Assembly: GCF_009914755.1 (NCBI RefSeq) | Contig: NC_060948.1 | Length of the DNA stretch: 64,000 nt | Reading direction: 5' to 3' (one strand) | From: the human T2T-CHM13v2.0 reference genome, Homo sapiens | Part shown: positions 10,672-24,881 of the stretch, piece after piece | Numbering within the stretch: the first letter of the stretch is position 1 | How the letters are laid out: every line of letters starts with the position of its first letter | Position numbers and translations under genes: made by a program | Notes under the pieces: generated by a model | What the model was told of the DNA's origin: nothing | What the model saw: only the letters and a program-made list of their open reading frames with translations | Database searches by the model: none

Positions 10672-13600
10672 GAAAGGCTGGGTGTCGAAAGGAATTGACT
10701 CCAATGGAATGGAATCGAATGGAATGGAAGTGAATAGAATCGAACTAAATCGAATGGAATGGAATTGATAGGAACGGAATGGAAAGGAATGCAATGATTT
10801 GGCATGGAATGGAATCGAATGGCATCGAATGGAATGGAATGGAATGCAATGGAATGGAATGTATTAGAATGTAATGAACATTAATGGAATGTACTCGAAT
10901 GGATTCGACTGGAATGGAATGTTCTGGAAGTGAATGGACTCCAATGGAATGTATTCGAAAGGAATGGAATCGAACGGAATGGAATCTAATGGAATGGAAT
11001 TAAATGGAAATGAATCAAATTGAATAGCACGGAATTGAATTGAATGGAATGGAATGCAATGGAATCTAATGAAACGGAAAGGAAAGGAATGGAATGGAAT
11101 GGAATGGGCTGGAATGGAAAGGAATCGAAACGAATGGAATGGAATCGAACTGAAGAGACTGGAATGGAATGCACTGGAATGGAAGGGAGTGTAATGGAAG
11201 GTTCTCGAAAATAATGGAAGCAAATGGAATGGAATTGAATGGAACGGAATAGAGTCGAATGGAATTGAATGGAATGGAATGGACTAGAGTGAAATGGAAT
11301 CGAACCACAAGGAATGGACAGGAATAGAATGGTCTCGAATTGAATGGAATCGTATGGAATGGCATCAAACGGAATGGAATGGACAGCCACGGAATGGAAT
11401 GCACTCGAATGCAATGGAGTCGAAACTTATGGACTGGAATAGAATGGACTCGACTGGTACGGACTCCAATGGAATGGAATCGAATGGAAGGGATTCGAAC
11501 GGAATGGACTCGAAGGGAAAAGACTGCAATGGATAGGTCTCGAATGGAATGGAAATTAATGGAATGGAATGGAATCGAATGAAATGGAGTCAAAAGGAAT
11601 GGAATCGAATGGCAAGAAATCGAATGTAATGGAATCGCAAGGAATTGATGTGAACGGAACGGAATGGAATGGAATCCAAAGGAATGGAATAGAATGGAAT
11701 GGAATCGAATGGAAAGGACTCGAATGGAAATCACTCGAATGGAATGAAATTTAATAAAATAGGATCAAATGTAATTGAATGGAATGGAAAGGAATCGAAA
11801 CGAAAGGAATGGAGACAGATGGAATGGAATGGAACAGAGAGCAATGGTATAGAATGGAATGGAATCATCTGGAATGGAATTGAATGGAATGGAATAATAT
11901 GAAATGGAATGGAATGGAATGGAATGGAATGCCCTTGAATTAAATGGACTGGAATGGAATGGACTCGAACAGAGTGGAATGGAAAGTGTTGAGATAGAAT
12001 GGAATGGACTCCTTTGGAATGGTCTAGTATGCAATGCAATCGACTGGCAGGGAATCAAAAGGAATGTAATCGAATGGATTAGACTGGAATGCAATGGACT
12101 CGAATAGATTGGAAACGGAATGCAAAGGAATGGAATGGAATAGTATGGAATGGAATGGAAAGGAATGGAGTGGAATAGACTAGAGTGGAATGGAATGGAC
12201 TGGAAAGCAATGGACTGGAATGGAACTTTCTTGAATGGACTGGAATCAAACGGAATGGAATGCAATGCAATCAAATGGCATGGAATAAAATAGAATGAAA
12301 GAGAATCAAATGGAATTGAATCGAATGGAATCGAATGGATTGGAAAGGAATAGAATGGAATGGAATGGAATGGACTCAAATGGAATGGACTAGAATGGAA
12401 TGGATTCGAATGGAAGGCAAAGGAATGGAATCTATTGGAATGGACTGTAATGGAATGGAATGGAAGGGATTGGAATGGACTCGAATGGAATGGACTGCAA
12501 TAGAAAGGATTCGAATGGAATGAAAAAGAATTGAATGGAATAGAACAGAATGGAATCAAATCGAATGAAATGGAATGGAATAGAAAGGAATGGAATGAAA
12601 TGGAATGGAAAGGATTCGAATGGAATGCAATCGAATGGAATGGAATCGAACGGAATGGAATAAAATGGAAGAAAACTGGCAAGAAATGGAATCGAAATGA
12701 ATGGAGTGTTATGGAACGGACTCAAAAGGAATTGAATGTAATAGAATGGAGTGGAGTGGACTCGAATATAATGGACTGGAATGGAATGAAATCACATGGA
12801 ATGGGAACGAATGGAATGGAATGGAAAGGAATGGAATCGAATGGAAAGGAATCGAATGGAAGGGAATGAAATTGAATCAACAGGAATGGAAGGGAATAGA
12901 ATAGACGGTAATGGAATGGACTCGAATAGAATGGACACGAATGCTCAAATTGAATGGACTCGAATGGAATGGAAACGAAAGGAATGTCATCGAATGGAAT
13001 TGAATCGATTGGAATGAAATCGCATAGAATGGAGTGGAATCAAATGGAATTGAATCGAAAGGAAAGGAAGCGAATGGACTGAAATGAAATGGAATGGAAT
13101 TGAATGGAAAGTAATGCAATGGAATAGAATGGAACGAAATTTCACGGAATGGAATCAAACTGAATGGAATCAAATCAATGGAATCAAATCAAATGGAATG
13201 GAAAGGAATTGAATGGAGTAGATTGGATTGGATGGGATTGGACTGAAATGTACTGGAAAGGACTCGAATTTCATGAAACGGAATGGAATGAATTGGAACG
13301 GAATGGACTCGAATGGAATGGAATGTCATGGAATGGCATCAAATGGAATGGCATCAAATGGAATGGAATCGAATGCAATGGAATGCTATGGAATGGAATG
13401 GAATGCATTGGAATGGAATGTCCTCTAATGGAATGGATTCGAGTGGAATGGAATCGAATATAATGGAGTCGAATGAAATGGAATTGAAAGGAATGGGATC
13501 GAATACAATGGAATATACTGGAATGTAATGTAATGAACTCGAATGTAATTGACTGGAATGGAATGTAATCGAATGGAAAGTAATCCAATGGAATAGAATC

Positions 13601-14230
13601 TAATGCAATAAAATCGACTCAGATAGAGTAGAATGTAATGGAATGGAGTGCAGTGCAATGGAATGGAATGGAATGGAATGCAATGGAATGGAATGGAATG
13701 GAATGGAATGGAATGGAATGGAATGGAATGGAATGGGATGGAATGGTATGGAATGGATAGTAATGGACTGGAATGAAATGGACTGGAAAAGAATGGACTC
13801 AAATTGAAAGGGCTCGAAAGGAATGGAGTCAAATGGAATTGTCTGGAATGGAATGAACACGAATGTAATGCAATCCAATAGAATGGAATCGAATGGCATG
13901 GAATATAAAGAAATGGAATCGAAGAGAATGGAAACAAATGGAATGGAATTGAATGGCATGGAATTGAATGGAATGGGAACGAATGGAGTGAAATTGTATG
14001 CAGTAGAAGAGAATAGAATGGAATGCAAGCGAAAGGAAAGGAATGGATTGCAATGGAATGGAATTCATTGGAATGGAAGGGAATGTAGTGTAATGGACAG
14101 GCCTGGAATAAAGTGGAATGCTACGGTCTCGAATGGAATAAAAATGTATGGAATGGAATGCAATGAAACGGAATCGAATGTCATAGAATGTAATGGAATG
14201 CAAAAAAATGGAATCCAAAATCATTGACTG
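10672..14230 (+). repeat. DYZ1 unit 4 (3,559 bp; type D)
   Basis: Markers ATAATGGAAGCAAAT, GAAACTTAT, GGATAGGTCT; 15-bp deletion near 13560. Confidence 0.92.
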
Positions 14231-17200
14231 GAAAGGCTGGGTGTCGAAAGGAATTGACTGCAATGGAATGGAATCGAATGGAATGGAAGTGAATAGAATC
14301 GAACTAAATCGAATGGAATGGAATTGATAGGAACGGAATGGAAAGGAATGCAATGATTTGGCATGGAATGGAATCGAATGGCATCAAATGGAATGGAATG
14401 GAATGCAATGGAATGGAATGTATTAGAATGTAATGAACATTAATGGAATGTACTCGAATGGATTCGACTGGAATGGAATGTTCTGGAAGTGAATGGACTC
14501 CAATGGAATGGATTCGAAAGGAATGGAATCGAACGGAATGGAATCTAATGGAATGGAATTAAATGGAAATGAATCAAATTGAATAGCACGGAATTGAATT
14601 GAATGGAATCGAATGCAATGGAATCTAATGAAACGGAAAGGAAAGAATGGAATGGAATGGAATGGGCTGGAATGGAAAGGAATCGAAACGAATGGAATGG
14701 AATCGAACTGAAGAGACTGGAATGGAATGCACTGGAATGGAAGGGAGTGTAATGGAAGGTTCTCGAAAAAAATGGAATCGAATGGAATGGAATTGAATGG
14801 AACGGAATAGAGTCGCATGGAATTGAATGGAGTGGAATGGACTAGAGTGAAATGGAATCGAACGAAAAGGAATGGACAGGAATGGAATGGTCTCGAATTG
14901 AATGGAATCGTATGGAATGGCATCAAACGGAATGGAATGGACAGCCACGGAATGGAATGCACTCGAATGCAATGGAGTCGAAACTAATGGACTGGAATAG
15001 AATGGACTCGACTGGTATGGACTCCAATGGAATGGAATCGAATGGAAGGGAATCGAACGGAATGGACTCGAAGGGAAAAGACTGCAATGGAAAGGTCTCG
15101 AATGGAATGGAAATTAATGGAATGGAATGGAATCGAATGAAATGGAGTCAAAAGGAATGGAATCGAATGGCAAGAAATCGAATGTAATGGAATCGCAAGG
15201 AATTGATGTGAACGGAACGGAATGGAATGGAATCCAAAGGAATGGAATAGAATGGAATGGAATCGAATGGAAAGGACTCGAATGGAAATCACTCGAATAG
15301 AATGAAATTTAATAAAATAGGATCAAATGTAATAGAATGGAATGGAAAGGAATCGAAACGGAAGGAATGGAGACAGATGGAATGGAATGGAACAGAGAGC
15401 AATGGTATAGAATGGAATGGAATCATCTGGAATGGAATTGAATGGAATGGAATAATATGAAATGGAATGGAATGGAATGGAATGGAATGGAATGCCCTTG
15501 AATTAAATGGACTGGACTCGAACAGAGTGGAATGGAAAGTGTTGAGATAGAATGGAATGGACTCCTTTGGAATGGTGTACTATGCAATGCAATCGACTGG
15601 CAGGGAATCAAAAGGAATGTAATCGAATGGATTGGACTGGAATGCAATGGACTCGAATAGATTGGAAACGGAATGCAAAGGAATGGAATGGAATAGTATG
15701 GAATGCAATGGAAGGGAATGGAGTGGAATAGACTAGAGTGGAATGGAATGGACTGGAAAGCAATGGACTGGAATGGAACTTTCTTGGATGGACTGGAATC
15801 AAACGGAATGGAATGCAATGCAATCAAATGGCATGGAATAAAATAGAATGAAAGAGAATCAAATGGAATTGAATCGAATGGAATCGAATGGATTGGAAAG
15901 GAATAGAATGGAATGGAATGGAATTGACTCAAATGGAATGGACTAGAATGGAATGGATTCGAATGGAAGGCAAAGGAATGGAATCTATTGGAATGGACTG
16001 TAATGGAATGGAATGGAAGGGATTGGAATGGACTCGAATGGAATGGACTGCAATAGAAAGGATTCGAATGGAATGAAAAAGAATTGAATGGAATAGAACA
16101 GAATGGAATCAAATCGAATGGAATGGAATGGAATAGAAAGGAATGGAATGAAATGGAATGGAAAGGATTCGAATGGAATGCAATCGAATGGAATGGAATC
16201 GAACGGAATGGAATAAAATGGAAGAAAACTGGCAAGAAATGGAATCGAAATGAATGGAGTGTTATGGAATGGACTCAAAAGGAATTGAATGTAATAGAAT
16301 GGAGTGGAGTGGACTCGAATATAATGGACTGGAATGGAATGAAATCACATGGAATGGGAACGAATGGAATGGAATGGAAAGGAATGGAATCGAATGGAAA
16401 GGAATCGAATGGAAGGGAATGAAATTGAATCAACAGGAATGGGAGGGAATAGAATAGACTGTAATGGAATGGACTCGAATAGAATGGACACGAATGCTCA
16501 AATTAAATTGACTCGAATGGAATGGAAACGAAAGGAATGTCATCGAATGGAATTGAATCGATTGGAATGAAATTGCATAGAATGGAGTGGAATCAAATGG
16601 AATTGAATCGAAAGGAAAGGAAGCGAATGGACTGAAATGAAATGGAATGGAATTGAATGGAAAGTAATGCAATGGAATAGAATGGAACGAAATTTCACGG
16701 AATGGAATCAAACTGAATGGAATCAAATCAATGGAATCAAATCAAATGGAATTGAAAGGAATTGAATGGAGTAGATGGGATTGGATGGGATTGGAATGAA
16801 ATGTACTGGAAAGGACTCGAATTTCATGAAACGGAATGGAATGAATTGGAAAGGAATGGACTCGAATGGAATGGAATGTCATGGAATGGCATCAAATGGA
16901 ATGGCATCAAATGGAATGGAATCGAATGCAATGGAATGCTGTGGAATGGAATGGAATGCATTGGAATGGAATGTCCTCTAATGGAATGGATTCGAGTGGA
17001 ATGGAATTGAATATAATGGAGTCGAATGAAATGGAATTGAAAGGAATGGGATCGAATACAATGGAATATACTGGAATGTAACGTAATGAACTCGAATGTA
17101 ATTGACTGGAATGGAATGTACATGAATGGAATGTAATCGAATGGAAAGTAGTCCAATGGAATAGAATCTAATGCAATAAAATCGACTCAGATAGAGTAGA

Positions 17201-17758
17201 ATGTAATGGAATGGAGTGCAGTGCAATGGAATGGAATGGAATGGAATGGAATGGAATGGAATGGGATGGAATGGTATGGAATGGATAGTAATGGACTGGA
17301 GTGAAATGGACTGGAAAGGAATGGACTCAAATTGAAAGGTCTCGAAAGGAATGGAGTCAAATGGAATGGTCTGGAATGGAATGAACACGAATGTAATGCA
17401 ATCCAATAGAATGGAATCGAATGGCATGGAATATAAAGAAATGGAATCGAAGAGAATGGAAACAAATGGAATGAAATTGAATGGAATGGAATTGAATGGA
17501 ATGTGAACGAATGGAGTGAAATTGTATGCAGTAGAAGAGAATAGAATGGAATGCAAGCGAAAGGAAAGGAATGGATTGGAATGGAATGGAATTCATTGGA
17601 ATGGAAGGGAATGTAGTGTAATGGACAGGCCTGGAATAAAGTGGAATGCTACGGTCTCGAATGGAATAAAAATGTATGGAATGGAATGCAATGAAACGGA
17701 ATCGAATGTCATAGAACGTAATGGAATGCAAAAAAATGGAATCCAAAATCATTGAATG
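14231..17758 (+). repeat. DYZ1 unit 5 (3,528 bp; type B)
   Basis: Same markers as unit 2, with one extra GGAAT before GCCCTTG. Confidence 0.92.
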
Positions 17759-20700
17759 GAAAGGCTGGGTGTCGAAAGGAATTGACTCCAATGGAATGGA
17801 ATCGAATGGAATGGAAGTGAATAGAATCGAACTAAATCGAATGGAATGGAATTGATAGGAACGGAATGGAAAGGATTGCAATGATTTGGCATGGAATGGA
17901 ATCGAATGGCATCGAATGGAATGGAATGGAATGCAATGGAATGGAATGTATTAGAATGTAATGAACTTTAATGGAATGTACTCGAATGGATTCGACTGGA
18001 ATGGAATGTTCTGGAAGTGAATGGACTCCAATGGAATGGATTCAAAAGGAATGGAATCGTACGGAATGGAATCTAATGGAATGGAATTAAATGGAAATGA
18101 ATCAAATTGAATAGCACGGAATTGAATTGAATGGAATGGAATGCAATGGAATCTAATGAAACGGAAAGGAAAGGAATGGAATGGAATGGAATGGGCTGGA
18201 ATGGAAAGGAATCGAAACGAATGGAATGGAATCGAAGTGAAGAGACTGGAATGGTATGCACTGGAATGGAAGGGAGTGTAATGGAAGGTTCTCGAAAAAA
18301 ATGGAATCGAATGGAATGCAATTGAATGGAACGGAATAGAGTCGAATGGAATTGAATGGAATGGAATGGACTAGAGTGAAATGGAATCGAACCACAAGGA
18401 ATGGACAGGAATAGAATGGTCTCGAATTGAATGGAATCGTATGGAATGGCATCAAACGGAATGGAATGGACAGCCACGGAATGGAATGCACTCGAATGCA
18501 ATGGAGTCGAAACTAATGGACTGGAATAGAATGGACTCGACTGGTACGGACTCCAATGGAATGGAATCGAATGGAAGGGAATCGAACGTAATGGACTCGA
18601 AGGGAAAAGACTGCAATGGAAAGGTCTCGAATGGAATGGAAATTAATGGAATGGAATGGAATCGAATGAAATGGAGTCAAAAGGAATGGAATCGAATGGC
18701 AAGAAATCGAATGTAATGGAATCGCAAGGAATTGATGTGAACGGAACGGAATGGAATGGAATCCAAAGGAATGGAATAGAATGGAATGGAAACGAATGGA
18801 AAGGACTCCAATGGAAATCACTCGAATAGAATGCAATTTAATAAAATAGGATCAAATGTAATAGAATGGAATGGAAAGGAATCGAAACGGAAGGAATGGA
18901 GACAGATGGAATGGAATGGAACAGAGAGCAATGGTATAGAATGGAATGGAATCATCTGGAATGGAATTGAATGGAATGGAATGATATGAAATGGAATGGA
19001 ATGGAATGGAATGGAATGCCCTTGAATTAAATGGACTGGACTCGAACAGAGTGGAATGGAAAGTGTTGAGATAGAATGGAATGGACTCCTTTGGAATGGT
19101 GTAGTATGCAATGCAATCGACTGGCAGGGAATCAAAAGGAATGTAATCGAATGGATTGGACTGGAATGCAATGGACTCGAATAGATTGGAAACGGAATGC
19201 AAAGGAATGGAATGGAATAGTATGGAATGCAATGGAAGGGAATGGAGTGGAATAGACTAGAGTGGAATGGAATGGACTGGAAAGCAATGGAGTGGAATGG
19301 AACTTTCTTGGATGGACTGGAATCAAACGGAATGGAATGCAATGCAATCAAATGGCATGGAATAAAATAGAATGAAAGAGAATCAAATGGAATTGAATCG
19401 AATGGAATCGAATGGATTGGAAAGGAATAGAATGGAATGGAATGGAATTGACTCAAATGGAATGGACTAGAATGGAATGGATTCGAATGGAAGGCAAAGG
19501 AATGGAATCTATTGGAATGGACTGTAATGGAATGGAATGGAAGGGATTGGAATGGACTCGAATGGAATGGACTGCAATAGAAAGGATTCGAATGGAATGA
19601 AAAAGAATTGAATGGAATAGAACAGAATGGAATCAAATCGAATGGAATGGAATGGAATAGAAAGGAATGGAATGAAATGGAATGGAAAGGATTCGAATGG
19701 AATGCAATCGAATGGAATGGAATCGAACGGAATGGAATAAAATGGAAGAAAACTGGCAAGAAATGGAATCGAAATGAATGGAGTGTTATGGAACGGACTC
19801 AAAAGGAATTGAATGTAATAGAATGGAGTGGAGTGGACTCGAATATAATGGACTGGAATGGAATGAAATCACATGGAATGGGAACGAATGGAATGGAATG
19901 GAAAGGAATGGAATCGAATGGAAAGGAATCGAATGGAAGGGAATGAAATTGAATCAACAGGAATGGAAGGGAATAGAATAGACTGTAATGGAATGGACTC
20001 GAATAGAATGGACACGAATGCTCAAATTAAATGGACTCGAATGGAATGGAAACGAAAGGAATGTCATCGAATGGAATTGAATCGATTGGAATGAAATCGC
20101 ATAGAATGGAGTGGAATCAAATGGAATTGAATCGAAAGGAAAGGAAGCGAATGGACTGAAATGAAATGGAATGGAATTGAATGGAAAGTAATGCAATGGA
20201 ATAGAATGGAACGAAATTTCACGGAATGGAATCAAACTGAATGGAATCAAATCAATGGAATCAAATCAAATGGAATGGAAAGGAATTGAATGGAGTAGAT
20301 GGGATTGGATGGGATTGGAATGAAATGTACTGGAAAGGACTCGAATTTCATGAAACGGAATGGAATGAATTGGAACGGAATGGACTCGAATGGAATGGAA
20401 TGTCATGGAATGGCATCAAATGGAATGGCATCAAATGGAATGGAATCGAATGCAATGGAATGCTATGGAATGGAATGGAATGCATTGGAATGGAATGTCC
20501 TCTAATGGAATGGATTCGAGTGGAATGGAATTGAATGTAATGGAGTCGAATGAAATGGAATTGAAAGGAATGGGATCGAATACAATGGAATATACTGGAA
20601 TGTAACGTAATGAACTCGAATGTAATTGACTGGAATGGAATGTACATGAATGGAATGTAATCGAATGGAAAGTAATCCAATGGAATAGAATCTAATGCAA

Positions 20701-21322
20701 TAAAATCGACTCAGATAGAGTAGAATGTAATGGAATGGAGTGCAGTGCAATGGAATGGAATGGAATGGAATGCAATGGAATGGAATGGAATGGAATGGAA
20801 TGGAATGGAATGGAATGGAATGGAATGGGATGGAATGGTATGGAATGGATAGTAATGGACTGGAATGAAATGGACTGGAAAAGAATGGACTCAAATTGAA
20901 AGGGCTCGAAAGGAATGGAGTCAAATGGAATGGTCTGGAATGGAATGAACACGAATGTAATGCAATCCAATAGAATGGAATCGAATGGCATGGAATATAA
21001 AGAAATGGAATCGAAGAGAATGGAAACAAATGGAATGGAATTGAATGGAATGGAATTGAATGGAATGGGAACGAATGGAGTGAAATTGTATGCAGTAGAA
21101 GAGAATAGAATGGAATGCAAGCGAAAGGAAAGGAATGGATTGCAATGGAATGGAATTCATTGGAATGGAAGGGAATGTAGTGTAATGGACAGGCCTGGAA
21201 TAAAGTGGAATGCTACGGTCTCGAATGGAATAAAAATGTATGGAATGGAATGCAATGAAACGGAATCGAATGTCATAGAATGTAATGGAATGCAAAAAAA
21301 TGGAATCCAAAATCATTGACTG
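17759..21322 (+). repeat. DYZ1 unit 6 (3,564 bp; type C)
   Basis: Same markers as unit 3. Confidence 0.92.
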
Positions 21323-24300
21323 GAAAGGCTGGGTGTCGAAAGGAATTGACTCCAATGGAATGGAATCGAATGGAATGGAAGTGAATAGAATCGAACTAAA
21401 TCGAATGGAATGGAATTGATAGGAACGGAATGGAAAGGAATGCAATGATTTGGCATGGAATGGAATCGAATGGCATCGAATGGAATGGAATGGAATGCAA
21501 TGGAATGGAATGTATTAGAATGTAATGAACATTAATGGAATGTACTCGAATGGATTCGACTGGAATGGAATGTTCTGGAAGTGAATGGACTCCAATGGAA
21601 TGGATTCGAAAGGAATGGAATCGAACGGAATGGAATCTAATGGAATGGAATTAAATGGAAATGAATCAAATTGAATAGCACGGAATTGAATTGAATGGAA
21701 TGGAATGCAATGGAATCTAATGAAACGGAAAGGAAAGGAATGGAATGGAATGGAATGGGCTGGAATGGAAAGGAATCGAAACGAATGGAATGGAATCGAA
21801 CTGAAGAGACTGGAATGGAATGCACTGGAATGGAAGGGAGTGTAATGGAAGGTTCTCGAAAATAATGGAAGCAAATGGAATGGAATTGAATGGAACGGAA
21901 TAGAGTCGAATGGAATTGAATGGAATGGAATGGACTAGAGTGAAATGGAATCGAACCACAAGGAATGGACAGGAATAGAATGGTCTCGAATTGAATGGAA
22001 TCGTATGGAATGGCATCAAACGGAATGGAATGGACAGCCACGGAATGGAATGCACTCGAATGCAATGGAGTCGAAACTTATGGACTGGAATAGAATGGAC
22101 TCGACTGGTACGGACTCCAATGGAATGGAATCGAATGGAAGGGATTCGAACGGAATGGACTCGAAGGGAAAAGACTGCAATGGATAGGTCTCGAATGGAA
22201 TGGAAATTAATGGAATGGAATGGAATCGAATGAAATGGAGTCAAAAGGAATGGAATCGAATGGCAAGAAATCGAATGTAATGGAATCGCAAGGAATTGAT
22301 GTGAACGGAACGGAATGGAATGGAATCCAAAGGAATGGAATAGAATGGAATGGAATCGAATGGAAAGGACTCGAATGGAAATCACTCGAATAGAATGAAA
22401 TTTAATAAAATAGGATCAAATGTAATTGAATGGAATGGAAAGGAATCGAAACGAAAGGAATGGAGACAGATGGAATGGAATGGAACAGAGAGCAATGGTA
22501 TAGAATGGAATGGAATCATCTGGAATGGAATTGAATGGAATGGAATAATATGAAATGGAATGGAATGGAATGGAATGGAATGCCCTTGAATTAAATGGAC
22601 TGGAATGGAATGGACTCGAACAGAGTGGAATGGAAAGTGTTGAGATAGAATGGAATGGACTCCTTTGGAATGGTCTAGTATGCAATGCAATCGACTGGCA
22701 GGGAATCAAAAGGAATGTAATCGAATGGATTAGACTGGAATGCAATGGACTCGAATAGATTGGAAACGGAATGCAAAGGAATGGAATGGAATAGTATGGA
22801 ATGGAATGGAAAGGAATGGAGTGGAATAGACTAGAGTGGAATGGAATGGACTGGAAAGCAATGGACTGGAATGGAACTTTCTTGAATGGACTGGAATCAA
22901 ACGGAATGGAATGCAATGCAATCAAATGGCATGGAATAAAATAGAATGAAAGAGAATCAAATGGAATTGAATCGAATGGAATCGAATGGATTGGAAAGGA
23001 ATAGAATGGAATGGAATGGAATGGACTCAAATGGAATGGACTAGAATGGAATGGATTCGAATGGAAGGCAAAGGAATGGAATCTATTGGAATGGACTGTA
23101 ATGGAATGGAATGGAAGGGATTGGAATGGACTCGAATGGAATGGACTGCAATAGAAAGGATTCGAATGGAATGAAAAAGAATTGAATGGAATAGAACAGA
23201 ATGGAATCAAATCGAATGAAATGGAATGGAATAGAAAGGAATGGAATGAAATGGAATGGAAAGGATTCGAATGGAATGCAATCGAATGGAATGGAATCGA
23301 ACGGAATGGAATAAAATGGAAGAAAACTGGCAAGAAATGGAATCGAAATGAATGGAGTGTTATGGAACGGACTCAAAAGGAATTGAATGTAATAGAATGG
23401 AGTGGAGTGGACTCGAATATAATGGACTGGAATGGAATGAAATCACATGGAATGGGAACGAATGGAATGGAATGGAAAGGAATGGAATCGAATGGAAAGG
23501 AATCGAATGGAAGGGAATGAAATTGAATCAACAGGAATGGAAGGGAATAGAATAGACGGTAATGGAATGGACTCGAATAGAATGGACACGAATGCTCAAA
23601 TTGAATGGACTCGAATGGAATGGAAACGAAAGGAATGTCATCGAATGGAATTGAATCGATTGGAATGAAATCGCATAGAATGGAGTGGAATCAAATGGAA
23701 TTGAATCGAAAGGAAAGGAAGCGAATGGACTGAAATGAAATGGAATGGAATTGAATGGAAAGTAATGCAATGGAATAGAATGGAACGAAATTTCACGGAA
23801 TGGAATCAAACTGAATGGAATCAAATCAATGGAATCAAATCAAATGGAATGGAAAGGAATTGAATGGAGTAGATTGGATTGGATGGGATTGGAATGAAAT
23901 GTACTGGAAAGGACTCGAATTTCATGAAACGGAATGGAATGAATTGGAACGGAATGGACTCGAATGGAATGGAATGTCATGGAATGGCATCAAATGGAAT
24001 GGCATCAAATGGAATGGAATCGAATGCAATGGAATGCTATGGAATGGAATGGAATGCATTGGAATGGAATGTCCTCTAATGGAATGGATTCGAGTGGAAT
24101 GGAATCGAATATAATGGAGTCGAATGAAATGGAATTGAAAGGAATGGGATCGAATACAATGGAATATACTGGAATGTAATGTAATGAACTCGAATGTAAT
24201 TGACTGGAATGGAATGTAATCGAATGGAAAGTAATCCAATGGAATAGAATCTAATGCAATAAAATCGACTCAGATAGAGTAGAATGTAATGGAATGGAGT

Positions 24301-24881
24301 GCAGTGCAATGGAATGGAATGGAATGGAATGCAATGGAATGGAATGGAATGGAATGGAATGGAATGGAATGGAATGGAATGGAATGGGATGGAATGGTAT
24401 GGAATGGATAGTAATGGACTGGAATGAAATGGACTGGAAAAGAATGGACTCAAATTGAAAGGGCTCGAAAGGAATGGAGTCAAATGGAATTGTCTGGAAT
24501 GGAATGAACACGAATGTAATGCAATCCAATAGAATGGAATCGAATGGCATGGAATATAAAGAAATGGAATCGAAGAGAATGGAAACAAATGGAATGGAAT
24601 TGAATGGCATGGAATTGAATGGAATGGGAACGAATGGAGTGAAATTGTATGCAGTAGAAGAGAATAGAATGGAATGCAAGCGAAAGGAAAGGAATGGATT
24701 GCAATGGAATGGAATTCATTGGAATGGAAGGGAATGTAGTGTAATGGACAGGCCTGGAATAAAGTGGAATGCTACGGTCTCGAATGGAATAAAAATGTAT
24801 GGAATGGAATGCAATGAAACGGAATCGAATGTCATAGAATGTAATGGAATGCAAAAAAATGGAATCCAAAATCATTGACTG
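21323..24881 (+). repeat. DYZ1 unit 7 (3,559 bp; type D)
   Basis: Same markers as unit 4. Confidence 0.92.
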